From an uncultured Myxococcales bacterium (GTDB taxonomy: Bacteria; Myxococcota_A; UBA9042; PWKZ01; CAYRCM01), in assembly GCA_964422715.1 (NCBI GenBank), contig CAYRCM010000010.1, positions 7,569 through 71,568 on the forward strand: 64,000 bases of DNA, given 5' to 3'. The translations under genes and the position numbers were made by a program. The notes under the pieces were generated by a model. It was not told where the DNA came from, ran no database searches, and saw only the letters and a list, made by a program, of their open reading frames with translations. Of this stretch, positions 63,975 through 64,000 are shown piece by piece (position 1 is the first letter of the stretch; every line of letters begins with the position of its first letter).

Positions 63975-64000
63975 TCGTGCGTTTTCGGTTCCGGAGGGGG

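Overview
This is a ~70% GC chromosomal window that looks like Myxococcota. The pointers are a MYXO-CTERM-like sorting tail, LTD/CotH and FG-GAP/ASPIC secreted proteins, many lipoproteins, and GTG/TTG starts behind GGAGG-type RBSs. I call 42 protein-coding genes, no rRNA or tRNA, no CRISPR array and no transposase or integrase. Housekeeping blocks are trxA, prs, dprA-topA-trmFO, metX plus aspartokinase/homoserine dehydrogenase, queA-tgt, ruvX-mltG, an HU gene and an ABC-F ATPase. Between them sit signalling and envelope genes: a PP2C phosphatase fused to a cNMP-binding domain, convergent with a HAMP class III cyclase; two paralogous B12-binding radical-SAM-like proteins with an unusual CX4CX2C motif; a ygiQ - membrane protein - ArsA/GET3-like ATPase operon; and a prepilin-like - ParA-like - HEAT lipoprotein trio. 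A 16 kb co-directional cluster encodes an LTD-CotH-kinase-LTD giant lipoprotein, a CRTAC1-like protein, a VWA protein, a two-component system, an MMPL/RND exporter, an AI-2E transporter and a repeat-tailed lipoprotein. The least conventional signal is a family of ~70-80 nt non-coding repeats (two 85% identical copies in inverted orientation plus a degenerate third), each about 200-240 nt upstream of a start codon (radical-SAM genes and dprA) and showing one covarying hairpin position. Nearly every real gene is shadowed by a long antisense ghost ORF, as expected at this GC content. Start codons are inferred from RBS, frame and signal-peptide logic only.
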